A DNA stretch of 64,000 nucleotides from an uncultured Dehalococcoidales bacterium (GCA_964396965.1 CAYNGD010000003.1:106-64105); one strand, 5' to 3'; shown: positions 18,229-26,902, counted from the stretch's first letter. Numbers and translations: made by a program. The notes: generated from the sequence alone by a model not told the origin.

Positions 18229-20046
18229 ATGACGGCGGGCTATATCACCGAGCAGATAAAGGGGCTGCCCTCAAGCCCCGGCGTCTATCTCTTTAAGGAT
18301 GCCAGGGGCAATATCCTCTACGTGGGCAAGGCGGTCAGCCTTAAGCACCGGGTAAGCTCCTATTTCGGCGGCGGGCAGAAGCTCACCCCCAAGATAGGGC
18401 GCATGGTGAGCAAAATCGCTGACCTGGAGTACTTTGTCACCGCCTCGGAGCAGGAGGCGCTCATACTAGAGCTGAACCTGATAAAGCGGCACCGCCCCCG
18501 CTATAACGTACGCCTCAAGGATGACAAGACCTTCCCCTATCTCAAGATAGATCTGGCCGAGGACTGGCCCCGGGTGCACATCACCCGTCGGCTTGAAGAA
18601 AACGGGGGGCGCTACTTTGGCCCCTTTGCCAGCGCCAAATCGATACGCCAGACGCTAAGACTGCTCAAGGGCATCTTCCCCTTTCGCTCCTGCTCAAGGC
18701 CAATCACCGGCACCGATGCTCGCCCCTGCCTTGACTACCACATCGGCAACTGCCTGGCACCCTGCATCGGCGCCGTCAGCCGCCGGGACTACGCCGAGGT
18801 CATCAGGCAGGTCGTCCTCTTTCTGGAGGGGAAGCAGGAGAGGGTGGTCAAGGAGCTTAAGACCCAGATGGAGCGGGCGTCGGAGAACCTGGACTACGAG
18901 AAGGCCGCCCGCCTGAGGGACCAGATTCAGGCGGTGGAGCAGGTGGTCGAGGGACAGCGTATTGCTGCCAGGGTAAAAGGGGAGCAGGACGTCATCGCCT
19001 TTAAGGGAGATAGAGACCAGGCCTACGTGCAGGCCTTCTTTATTCGCGGCGGCAAGCTCATCGGCCGGGAGAGCTTTCTGCTTCAGGGCACCAGCGACGA
19101 GGCGCCGGGGCAGGTAATGTCCGGCTTCATCCAGCAGTTCTACGCCTCCGCCCCGCATATCCCCCCGCTGTTATTGCTCCAGCACCCGGTTGAGGATGCT
19201 GCTATGCTCCAGGACTGGCTTTCCGCCAGACGTGGGGGCCGGGTAAAGATTGAGGTGCCCCGGCGCGGCAGCAAGAAAGAGCTGGTGGGCATCGTGGCCG
19301 AGAACGCCCGGCAGGGACTGGAGCAGCTTAGAATCAAGCAGTTTGCCTCGTCCAAAACGCTATCGGCGGCGCTGGAAGAGATAAAAAAGGAGCTTGATTT
19401 GCCCCGCCTCCCCGCCCGCATCGAGGGCTACGATATATCCGATATTCAGGGGGCTGCTGCCGTGGGCAGCCTGGTCGTCTTCGAGGGGGGCCGGCCCAAA
19501 CCTGCTCATTATAGGCGCTTTAGAATCAAGACCGTAACTGGCGCTGACGACTACGCCATGCTCGGCGAGGTGCTCAAAAGGAGGTTCAAGCGGGCGGGCG
19601 ATGCCTCGGATAGCTGGGCGGTTGTGCCCGACCTGGTCCTCATCGACGGGGGCAAGGGGCAGCTCGGCGCCGCCCTGACCGCCATGAGGGAGGTGGGGGC
19701 TGAGTCTGTACCCGCCGCCGCTCTGGCCAAAGAAAACGAGGAGCTCTTTATCCCCGGCAGCTCAAAGCCCGTAGTTTTACCACACTCCTCACCTGGCTTG
19801 CATCTTTTGCAGCGCCTCCGCGACGAGGCGCACCGCTTCGCCCTGGGCTATCACCAGAGGCTGAGGAAAAAGCAGACCTTCGCTTCGGCGCTGGACGACA
19901 TCCCCGGCATCGGGCCAAAGCGCAAACGGGCCCTGCTCCGCCAGTTCGGCTCGGTCAAGGCCGTAAAAGAGGCTTCAATCAATGAACTGGCCACGGCTAA
20001 GGGCATAACCCGCAGTTTAGCTGCAAAGATAAAGGAGTATTTATAG
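18229..20046 (+). CDS. uvrC: Excinuclease ABC subunit C
   Basis: PGVY...YVGKA GIY-YIG, RYFGPF, IDGGKGQL, RLRDEAHRFA, HhH IPGIGPKR. Confidence 0.97.
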   Translation: MTAGYITEQIKGLPSSPGVYLFKDARGNILYVGKAVSLKHRVSSYFGGGQKLTPKIGRMVSKIADLEYFVTASEQEALILELNLIKRHRPRYNVRLKDDKTFPYLKIDLAEDWPRVHITRRLEENGGRYFGPFASAKSIRQTLRLLKGIFPFRSCSRPITGTDARPCLDYHIGNCLAPCIGAVSRRDYAEVIRQVVLFLEGKQERVVKELKTQMERASENLDYEKAARLRDQIQAVEQVVEGQRIAARVKGEQDVIAFKGDRDQAYVQAFFIRGGKLIGRESFLLQGTSDEAPGQVMSGFIQQFYASAPHIPPLLLLQHPVEDAAMLQDWLSARRGGRVKIEVPRRGSKKELVGIVAENARQGLEQLRIKQFASSKTLSAALEEIKKELDLPRLPARIEGYDISDIQGAAAVGSLVVFEGGRPKPAHYRRFRIKTVTGADDYAMLGEVLKRRFKRAGDASDSWAVVPDLVLIDGGKGQLGAALTAMREVGAESVPAAALAKENEELFIPGSSKPVVLPHSSPGLHLLQRLRDEAHRFALGYHQRLRKKQTFASALDDIPGIGPKRKRALLRQFGSVKAVKEASINELATAKGITRSLAAKIKEYL

Positions 20047-20049
20047 AAT

Positions 20050-21024
20050 ATGCCGGCCAACCTGCCGCCGCAGTACTTTGACGCCGAGAAGAACTTCCGG
20101 GAGGCCAAAGACCCGCTGGAGAAGATAGCCGCCCTGGAGGAGATGCTGGCCATTATGCCCAAGCACAAGGGCACCGACCATCTCCGCGCCGAACTCAGGG
20201 GCCGGATTGCCAAGCTCAGCCAGCTGGCCGCCAAGAAGAGCGGCGCCCGGCGGGCTTCAATGGTCATCGAGAGGGAGGGGGCGGCCCAGGTGGCCGTGGT
20301 CGGCCTGCCCAACGCCGGCAAGTCCCGGCTTATCGCCGCCATCACCAACGCCTCCCCGTCCGTGGCCGAATACCCCTTCACCACCCACAGCGCCACTCCG
20401 GGGATGATGGAGTTCGAGAACATCAAGATACAGCTTATCGATACCCCGCCCCTGGCCCCCCAGACCATCGAGTTCTGGCTGCCGCCCCTGCTCCGGCGGG
20501 CAGACGCCCTGCTGGTCATGGTGGACTTAGGCCGTGACCCGCTGGAACAGATGGAATCCATTATTTCTCAACTGACGAAGATGCGAATACTGATAGAGGA
20601 CGCCGGGGCGGACTCGGAATTCACTATCTGGCACCAGAGGGCGCTTATTATCGGCAGCAAGCTTGACCTTGACGCCGCCGCCCCGAATTTTGAGACGCTC
20701 AGAGGTGAATATGGAGGCCGGTTCCCGGTTATCGCCATCTCCACTGAGCAGGGCACCGGTCTGGAAGAGCTCAAATCCAAAATATATGAGGTTTTGAATA
20801 TCATCCGGGTCTATACCAAGGCACCGGGGCAAAAGCCCGAATTTACCGACCCCATCGTCGTCCCCAGGGGCAGCACCCTGGCCGATGCCGCCGCCGAGGT
20901 GCACAAGGACTTCGCCGCCAATATGAAGTACGCCCGCATCTGGGGCTCGGGCAAGCACGACGGCGTTATGGCCAGGAGAGACCACGTCTTAGAAGACGGC
21001 GATATAATCGAGCTGCACCTTTAG
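20050..21024 (+). CDS. DRG/OBG-family GTPase with TGS domain
   Basis: MPANLPPQY, KHKGTDHL, GLPNAGKS, YPFTT, DTP, IRVYTKAPG, LEDGDIIELH. Confidence 0.9.
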   Translation: MPANLPPQYFDAEKNFREAKDPLEKIAALEEMLAIMPKHKGTDHLRAELRGRIAKLSQLAAKKSGARRASMVIEREGAAQVAVVGLPNAGKSRLIAAITNASPSVAEYPFTTHSATPGMMEFENIKIQLIDTPPLAPQTIEFWLPPLLRRADALLVMVDLGRDPLEQMESIISQLTKMRILIEDAGADSEFTIWHQRALIIGSKLDLDAAAPNFETLRGEYGGRFPVIAISTEQGTGLEELKSKIYEVLNIIRVYTKAPGQKPEFTDPIVVPRGSTLADAAAEVHKDFAANMKYARIWGSGKHDGVMARRDHVLEDGDIIELHL

Positions 21025-22198
21025 TCAGAGCAGCGAGGGCAGCTTCCTGGCCGCCGCCTCCATAGCCCTGGCCTTCTTTATGGCTTCCTCCCGCCGCTTC
21101 TTCACCCGGCGCACCAGTCCGCCAATGATGTCGTAGTAGCCTTTTACCCGCTCGATAGAGCTGAGACCGGAGAGCAGCAGCGTCACCCCCAGCCCCCCCC
21201 CGCCCCCGGGGATAGTCACAGCTCCTTATTACCGCTACCGGCGCCGCACCTTTGAGGAAGCCGCCCAGTTCCTGGAAGAGCTCCGGCCTCATCTCGGCGG
21301 CTGGCGCCGATACCAGGTAAAGCGCTCTGGCGGCATCCTCCGGACGGCAGTCAACCGCCAGCCGGCTCAGGGCTGCCTCCACCGCCGGAATGCCCGCCTG
21401 TCGCTCGGCGGCCCTGCTCCGGAAGCTGCGCCCAAGGCCGAAAAGCCCCCGCGAGGGTAGCGGCGACTGGCCGCAGCCGATGGCGCTCCAGCCGCTGAGC
21501 GTCTGCCTGATATTACCGAAGTCGGCCATGCTCGTTCCAATGTATCTGCTTTTTTCCTCCTCGCCGGCGCAGAGCAGGTCGTAGAAGGGCTCGACCATAA
21601 GCTCGTTGATTTTATCCGGCCTGTCCCTCAGGGCGGCTTCCCGGCTGACATAGCGCTGGTTATCGGCCACTAAGACGGCCTCGGCCACCGAGTGAATAGA
21701 CTTGAGTGATATGGCGGCGTTGTAGGTGAGGTGTTCCTCCTCGGCCTCCTCGTCCCGGAAGGGGAGAACGGCCAGGGCGTAGACCGGCTTGTCCTGGTAG
21801 CAGCCCTTCAAGTCCCGGGCTATTACCGGCATACCGCCAGAGCCGGTGCTGCCGATAACGCTGGCAATGAGCAGGAAGGCATCGGTCTCGAAGAGCCTGC
21901 CGGCGGCCCTTACCGCATCAAGGACTCGGCTGCTGTTTTCCGAGATAATCCCGGCGCCGATTTCGCTCATCCGCACCATCTCTTCACCGTTTGTCCGGGG
22001 GCTTTCGATGAGGATTCGGTGCCGGGGGTCGGGTTTTATAGCCCGCAGGCTTTCCAGGTCGGTCTGGTCAACGTCAACGGCCAAGGCGTCGGTGACTATC
22101 TCCAGCCCCCTTTTGCCCCTGGCTTTTTTGTTCAGACCGGCGAACTCTTGGGCAATCCTTCCCCCGCACCGCCCCACTCCGATGACCAGCAGTTTCAC
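21025..22198 (-). pseudogene. CetZ-like tubulin/FtsZ-family gene, frameshifted at a G9 run (21193-21201)
   Basis: KLLVIGVGRCGGRIA, STGSGG, VLPF, DNQ; CDYPRGRGG continues as LGVTLLLSGLSSIERVKGYY only in another frame; removing one G gives 390 aa ending at TGA 21025. Confidence 0.8.
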
Positions 22199-22401
22199 CC
22201 GACACCCCCTGGCTTTTATGTAGTGACAATTGTATCACAAAGGGCAGAAAAATGCCAGAGGGCATTAGATTTGGTAAGATTTTAGCTGTAATTATTTTAA
22301 GATAGTGTTGACATGATGAGTTAATTATGGCCTTAATCCCGCCGCCGATTAAAAGCTATACAGCCGCAGTCTATGGCGCTATAATGAGGGGGCTATCGTC
22401 C

Positions 22402-22722
22402 ATGGACGCTTCCACCAAGTTACGCAGAATAGAATATCTTCTGGGCACGCTGCTGGGGCTGGTCGTGGCCGACGGCCTCATCAGCCAGTTCCTTATCAAG
22501 AGCGGATTAGGTCAGGAGGGGAACCCCTTCATCAGGGCTGTGGTCACCGAGAACAATTTTCTGGTGGTTAAAATGTGCAGCGCTATTCTCTGCGTCCTGA
22601 TACTGTGGAACATGGCCAGGAGGTCGCCGGGGCTGATATTTATCTTCAGTGCCTGCATCGTTGGGCTTTATACCGCTATTTTGTTCTGGAATATAGCCGT
22701 TTTCTTGGTTTTCAGCACCTAG
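22402..22722 (+). CDS. Small membrane protein (DUF5658-like)
   Basis: ADGLISQFL...QEGNPF; three TMs; start at ATG 22402 after GAGGGGG. Confidence 0.65.
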   Translation: MDASTKLRRIEYLLGTLLGLVVADGLISQFLIKSGLGQEGNPFIRAVVTENNFLVVKMCSAILCVLILWNMARRSPGLIFIFSACIVGLYTAILFWNIAVFLVFST

Positions 22723-22832
22723 GCTAAGCAAATTATTCCGCCTTTGACTTACCCCAACCCCTCCTCCCTTTACCTGCCGGAGGTTTAGTATTAATATTAA
22801 ATTTACAGCGAGTTTCAGGGAAGGAGGACAAA

Positions 22833-23603
22833 ATGGGTCGCGTGGATGGTAAAACAGCCATCATAACCGGCGCCGCCAGGGGGCTGGGTAAGGCGATGGC
22901 CCAGCTGCTGGCCAGGGAGGGGGCCAGGGTTGTAATTGCCGATATCCTTGAGGACGCAGGCGGGGAGACGGCCGAGGGAATAAAGCGCGAAGGGGGCAAG
23001 GCTATCTTTTTGAGGCATGATGTCACCAGCGAGGATAGCTGGAGCAAGCTAATGGGGAAGACCCTGTCCGAATTCGGCAAGCTGGATGTCCTGGTGAACA
23101 ACGCCGGGGTGATGCTGGTCAAGGAGATTGCCGATACCACCCTTGAGGAGTGGCGCCGGCTCATGAGCGTTAACCTGGACGGCGTTTTCCTGGGGACGAA
23201 GCACGCTATCAGGACGATGAGGGAGAGCGGCGGCGGCTCTATTGTTAATATCTCCTCGGCGGCGGGTCTTATCGGTACTGTTGATGACACGGCGGCCTAT
23301 GTGGCCAGTAAGGGCGCGGTTAGGCTGTTTACCAAGGCGGCGGCCCTGGAGTGCTCTAAGAAAGGCCACAACTATAATATACGGGTTAACTCGGTGCACC
23401 CCGGTGTCATCAAAACGGATATGGTAGCCGGTATGATGGCCCACGATGAGGAGTTCAAGAAGAGGCTGGAGTCCACCCATCCCATCGGCTTTCTGGGCGA
23501 GCCGATAGATATTGCTTACATTGTCCTTTATCTGGCCTCGGACGAGTCCAGGCTGGCCACCGCCGACGAGTTTGTTATTGACGGGGGCTGGACGGGGAGC
23601 TAG
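22833..23603 (+). CDS. Short-chain dehydrogenase/reductase (hydroxysteroid/cyclopentanol dehydrogenase-like)
   Basis: TGAARGLG, NNAG, YVASK, RVNSVHPG; SD AGGAGG. Confidence 0.93.
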   Translation: MGRVDGKTAIITGAARGLGKAMAQLLAREGARVVIADILEDAGGETAEGIKREGGKAIFLRHDVTSEDSWSKLMGKTLSEFGKLDVLVNNAGVMLVKEIADTTLEEWRRLMSVNLDGVFLGTKHAIRTMRESGGGSIVNISSAAGLIGTVDDTAAYVASKGAVRLFTKAAALECSKKGHNYNIRVNSVHPGVIKTDMVAGMMAHDEEFKKRLESTHPIGFLGEPIDIAYIVLYLASDESRLATADEFVIDGGWTGS

Positions 23604-23640
23604 CTTTAGGGTAACCCCTTATCCCCCCACCCAATAAAGA

Positions 23641-23662
23641 GAGGGGGCTTTTAAGCCCCCTC
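23641..23662. terminator. Hairpin downstream of SDR gene
   Basis: GAGGGGGCTT-TT-AAGCCCCCTC perfect 10-bp stem; no clear U-tract. Confidence 0.5.
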
Positions 23663-23699
23663 ATAACCCATTTCCCCATCCCGCTTTCATCCCAGCGTT

Positions 23700-23745
23700 T
23701 TGCGTCCCATACCCACCCACCCAAAGTGGCTTTGCCTCTCTTAGA
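23700..23745. repeat. Inverted-repeat element, left half only (E2)
   Basis: CCCATACCCACCCACCC at 23706-23722 followed by AAAGTGGCTTTGCCTCTCTTA; no G-tract partner. Confidence 0.7.
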
Positions 23746-23781
23746 GTCTTTTCACCCCCGAACCCCAGTGCCACCCCTACC

Positions 23782-23809
23782 TTGACACCCAGTATTTCAG
23801 TAGTATAAT
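23782..23809 (+). promoter_or_regulatory. Consensus sigma70 promoter of NYN gene (likely leaderless mRNA)
   Basis: TTGACA-16-TATAAT; ATG 23817 lies 7 nt after the -10 box; no SD. Confidence 0.75.
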
Positions 23810-23816
23810 GCCACCG

Positions 23817-24326
23817 ATGAAGAAACTGCTTTTTAACCAAGCTTTTATTGATGGTACAAACTTATATCTGTCAGCTAAAAATCCAGGATGGGAAATAGAT
23901 TGGTTGTTGTTTAGAGAATATCTGCGGAAGAGGCACAATGTAAGCCATGCTTACTACTTCGTAGGGTACCTAGAGAAATATCGGTACCTTTACGATGAAT
24001 TAAAAGATTATGGCTACATTTTAATCCATAAACCGGTGCTTAAACTACCAGGTGGCGAAATTAAGGGAAATTGTGATGCTGAGTTAGTTTTAAGAGCAAT
24101 GGTTGAGATTAATAATTACAACAAAGCAGTAGTTGTAACAGGTGACGGTGATATAAGCTGTTTGATAGAACATTTGCGTAACATTGACAAGTTCAAGCTT
24201 GTTATAGCGTGCAGGCAAGATAGTTGTTCTTATTTGCTAAGGAAGGCCGCAGGTGGCAATATCATGTTCTTAGATGCTTTGAGGGATAAATTTGAGAAAA
24301 AGCAGAAGGGGCAATTGCAGGATTAG
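23817..24326 (+). CDS. NYN (LabA/DUF88, PIN-like) domain protein
   Basis: AFIDGTNLY, KGNCDAELV, VTGDGD; markedly AT-rich. Confidence 0.88.
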   Translation: MKKLLFNQAFIDGTNLYLSAKNPGWEIDWLLFREYLRKRHNVSHAYYFVGYLEKYRYLYDELKDYGYILIHKPVLKLPGGEIKGNCDAELVLRAMVEINNYNKAVVVTGDGDISCLIEHLRNIDKFKLVIACRQDSCSYLLRKAAGGNIMFLDALRDKFEKKQKGQLQD

Positions 24327-24436
24327 CACCTACAATCCCCCCTTCCATCATGATGCAACTATGTTAGCACATGCATTAGCGTATGTCAAGTTCCTATTGC
24401 CGTTCTACTATGTTCCTTCACACTTACTTTAGTACC

Positions 24437-25831
24437 TCACACTTTCCTCACCCTTCCTTTCGCTTCCCTCGGCTGGTAGCGGCTGGCTGCCTCAACTAAG
24501 AGCGCCAGGCTCATCAGGAAGTCGTCGTGGCCCTGGGAGGGGTCAACGTAGAAGTTCATCGTCTGCGACGCCCGGAACTGGCTCCTGGCCCTCTCTAATT
24601 CCAGCCAGAACTCCTGCTCATCCTCGGAGCCATCGCTCTTATAGACCTTGAGCCGCCCGGAGTTTATCACCGCTAAGAGGTTGAAGCCAAGCTCGGACTT
24701 GGCCTTGGCGGTGAAGGTAAAAGGAGATACCCTGGGGCCGAGCGTCTTCCTCAAAAAAGAGCTTACCGGCTGGCCGATGCCGGTGGCGTCAACCACCACC
24801 CTGCGGCATTTCCAGACGTTCTTAAGTATATCAACCAGCCGGGGATAAAGTTCGGCGTGCTTCTGGCCGGTCCAGCGGTAGTGCTCCACCACCCGAATCC
24901 GTGGCTGTTTCTGGATTTCGTCGCAGATGGAGAAGTCCAGCTCGCCGATGGTGACCACAGTCGAGTCCTGCCTTAATCTGGGGACGGCCAGATAATCGCC
25001 CTCGGCTATTTCGGCCTCACCGGCGATGTCAATTCCGGCGATGTATATCCTGCCAGGCTCGAGCTGGTGCTTCCGGGGGTGCTCTCCCTTTAGCTGGGCG
25101 AGCTGCTGCTGGCTCAAAAAACCGCCGCCCCCCCGGATGGGCAAAAGCCTATACTGGGTCAGGAAGAGGGGGTGGTTCTCGCCTAATCTCTCCCTCTCCC
25201 CTTCGACGTAGGCGCGGTAGTCCGGGTTGTGCTTGGCTATCTCCTGCCAGTCGTAGCGGAAGTGGCGCTTAATGCCGTCCTGTCTTTCCAGCTCCAGGTT
25301 GGCCTGCTTGACCTCCTCCAGCAGGGTAGTGTCGTCCCAGGTAGTGCCGTAATGAACGGTGGTGACATTGGTGGTGGCTCCCATCGGCTTGAACTCCTTG
25401 GTGTACTTGTCTTTGCTCACGTCCTGGGCTTCGTCTATCTCCAGAAGAATATGGGCGGTATTGCCAACTACGTTGGAAGACTCGTCGGCGGAAAGAAATA
25501 TGGCCCGGGCGCTGCCCAGCCGGATAATATAGCCCATCTCCGGTGTCCAGATGCCGCTGAAACCGGCGTCGTTGAGCCTGTCCCTCAGGCGCATCATGGA
25601 GATAACCGTCTGGGGCTTGAAGGTGGGGGCGCACTTTATCAGGTTTTCGGCCCTGGCCATGTAGAGGGTGAGCAGCAGCAGCTCGAGCTGGGCGGAGAGC
25701 TCGTTCTTGCCCCCCTGGCGGGCCATCTCCACCGAGAAGGTGAGCCCCTTTCTATTGAGGACGCTGTCCAGTATCGCCGAGGCCACCTCCCGCTGGTAGG
25801 GGCGGAGCCTGCTTAAAGCATTTGCTGACAT
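24437..25831 (-). CDS. Terminase large subunit-like protein (ATPase + RNase H-like nuclease)
   Basis: LRPYQ, RQGGKN Walker A, LEIDEAQ Walker B, YGTTW, AGIDIAG, VVVDATGIG, HDDFLMS. Confidence 0.85.
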   Translation of the reverse strand: MSANALSRLRPYQREVASAILDSVLNRKGLTFSVEMARQGGKNELSAQLELLLLTLYMARAENLIKCAPTFKPQTVISMMRLRDRLNDAGFSGIWTPEMGYIIRLGSARAIFLSADESSNVVGNTAHILLEIDEAQDVSKDKYTKEFKPMGATTNVTTVHYGTTWDDTTLLEEVKQANLELERQDGIKRHFRYDWQEIAKHNPDYRAYVEGERERLGENHPLFLTQYRLLPIRGGGGFLSQQQLAQLKGEHPRKHQLEPGRIYIAGIDIAGEAEIAEGDYLAVPRLRQDSTVVTIGELDFSICDEIQKQPRIRVVEHYRWTGQKHAELYPRLVDILKNVWKCRRVVVDATGIGQPVSSFLRKTLGPRVSPFTFTAKAKSELGFNLLAVINSGRLKVYKSDGSEDEQEFWLELERARSQFRASQTMNFYVDPSQGHDDFLMSLALLVEAASRYQPREAKGRVRKV

Positions 25832-25846
25832 AAAACTATTGCCCCT

Positions 25847-26095
25847 CCATTTTTAACCGGTATTTTGTTTCCTATACCCGCCCGCCCAAAAGGCTTTTTA
25901 CCCCAAAAAATCTCCGATTTTTCGGGGGCCCCGTGTTCGCCTCTTAGACTTTCTTTCCCCACCCCGCTGAGCAGTGACGATATCCCCTTCCCCCCTCCCT
26001 CTAGGGGGTTAGAGTTTACAATCCCTAGTTTGGGGTGGGGTAATGAAGTGCTAGAAGCACAGCTTATGAGGGTGGGAGGGCGGGAAAAATAACAA
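25847..26095. repeat. Inverted-repeat element E3 (first 143 bp nearly identical to E4)
   Basis: C-tract 25871-25887, G-tract GGGTGGGAGGGCGGG 26070-26084; about 10 mismatches to 26662-26804. Confidence 0.88.
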
Positions 26096-26130
26096 CCGTT
26101 GATAAAGGGTAATGGGGTGGCTAGAACCCC

Positions 26131-26481
26131 CTATTTGGCTAAATTACCGATAACCTTGATGCCGAGCGGGATGGCGATATCCCTGAGTACATTACCGATG
26201 GCTTCCTTCAGTCCCTGCTTCTGCTCTTTGGTGATGTTGTACTTGGCCTTGACCAGGCGGGTAAGGGTGTTGGTAGCCTGCATCAGCAGCCTGATGTTCT
26301 CAGGGTCGTTTTTCAGGAGGGACTTTATCTTGACCCGGAGCAGGGCGATCTCGTCGTCAAAGCCCTCGACGCCGCTGGCCAGCTCAAAGTCGAGCTGCTC
26401 TGCCTCGTCGAGAACTTTGGAGTAGAAGCTTCGTTTTTTACCCTTTGGGGCGTCTTTTTTTGGCCTTGCCTTTTCCGACAT
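26131..26481 (-). CDS. Putative terminase small subunit
   Basis: 116-aa helical protein (FYSKVL, DDEIALLRVKIKSLL) directly upstream of terL-like gene. Confidence 0.55.
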   Translation of the reverse strand: MSEKARPKKDAPKGKKRSFYSKVLDEAEQLDFELASGVEGFDDEIALLRVKIKSLLKNDPENIRLLMQATNTLTRLVKAKYNITKEQKQGLKEAIGNVLRDIAIPLGIKVIGNLAK

Positions 26482-26584
26482 TAGGCCTGTCTCCGTTCTT
26501 CAGCACTTTAGCGCTCGCCAGCACGATGGTGTGGGCGGCCAGGTCCCACCGCTTGAGTTCTACGGCCAGTCGCAGTAGCCTCAT
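26438..26584 (-). CDS. Small basic hypothetical protein (48 aa), first gene of ter operon
   Basis: SD GGGGAGGG before ATG 26584; MRLLRLAVELKRWDLAAHTIVLAS; overlaps putative terS start. Confidence 0.55.
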   Translation of the reverse strand: MRLLRLAVELKRWDLAAHTIVLASAKVLKNGDRPNVGKGKAKKRRPKG

Positions 26585-26612
26585 CGTCCCTCCCCTTTCT
26601 GTATTTAATATT

Positions 26613-26626
26613 AGCACATATGTTCT
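26613..26626 (-). promoter_or_regulatory. Putative LexA (SOS) box
   Basis: AGAAC-ATAT-GTGCT on minus strand, one mismatch to AGAAC-N4-GTTCT, 29 nt upstream of the operon's first ATG. Confidence 0.55.
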
Positions 26627-26661
26627 ATTATGGCTAGAAGCATTTGTCACAATCCCCACCC

Positions 26662-26902
26662 CCATTTTTAACCGGTGTTTTGTTTCCCATACCCACCCGC
26701 CCAAAAGGTTTTTTACCCCAAAAAATCTCCGATTTTTCGGGGGCCCTGTGTTCGCCTCTTATACTTTCTTTCCTCACCCCGCTAAACAGTGACGACATCC
26801 CCTTTTCTCCTACCCCAAAGGGGAGAAATTATCCTCGTTCCCCTTTTCAAGAGAATTTTAAAGGCGCAGCCTTTGAGGGTGGGAGGGTGGGAAGAAAAAC
26901 GA
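26662..26902. repeat. Inverted-repeat element E4
   Basis: CCCATACCCACCCGCCC 26686-26702; AAAGGCGCAGCCTTTGA then GGGTGGGAGGGTGGG 26877-26891 and AAGAAAAAC. Confidence 0.88.

Noticed and set aside
20966-21200. C-terminus of the 410-aa ORF as called in the track
   Set aside because: Out-of-frame product after the G9 run; overlaps the convergent DRG gene and lacks the CetZ C-terminal motif present in the other frame
22733-22800. Ninth copy of the inverted-repeat family
   Set aside because: C-rich (CCCCAACCCCTCCTCCC) but lacks the CCCATACCC and AAAAGG consensus and any G-tract arm
24324-24431. Pyrrolysine/selenocysteine-type readthrough of the NYN stop
   Set aside because: The NYN domain is complete before TAG, the extension has no recognisable features, and no pyl/sel genes are in the window
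23808-26902. Prophage call around the terminase
   Set aside because: No integrase, att pair, portal, capsid, tail or lysis genes; xerD at 14 kb is a housekeeping-type recombinase in a host operon
25847-26902. CRISPR array or leader interpretation of the repeats
   Set aside because: Only two long copies 815 bp apart; no regular repeat-spacer period and no cas genes
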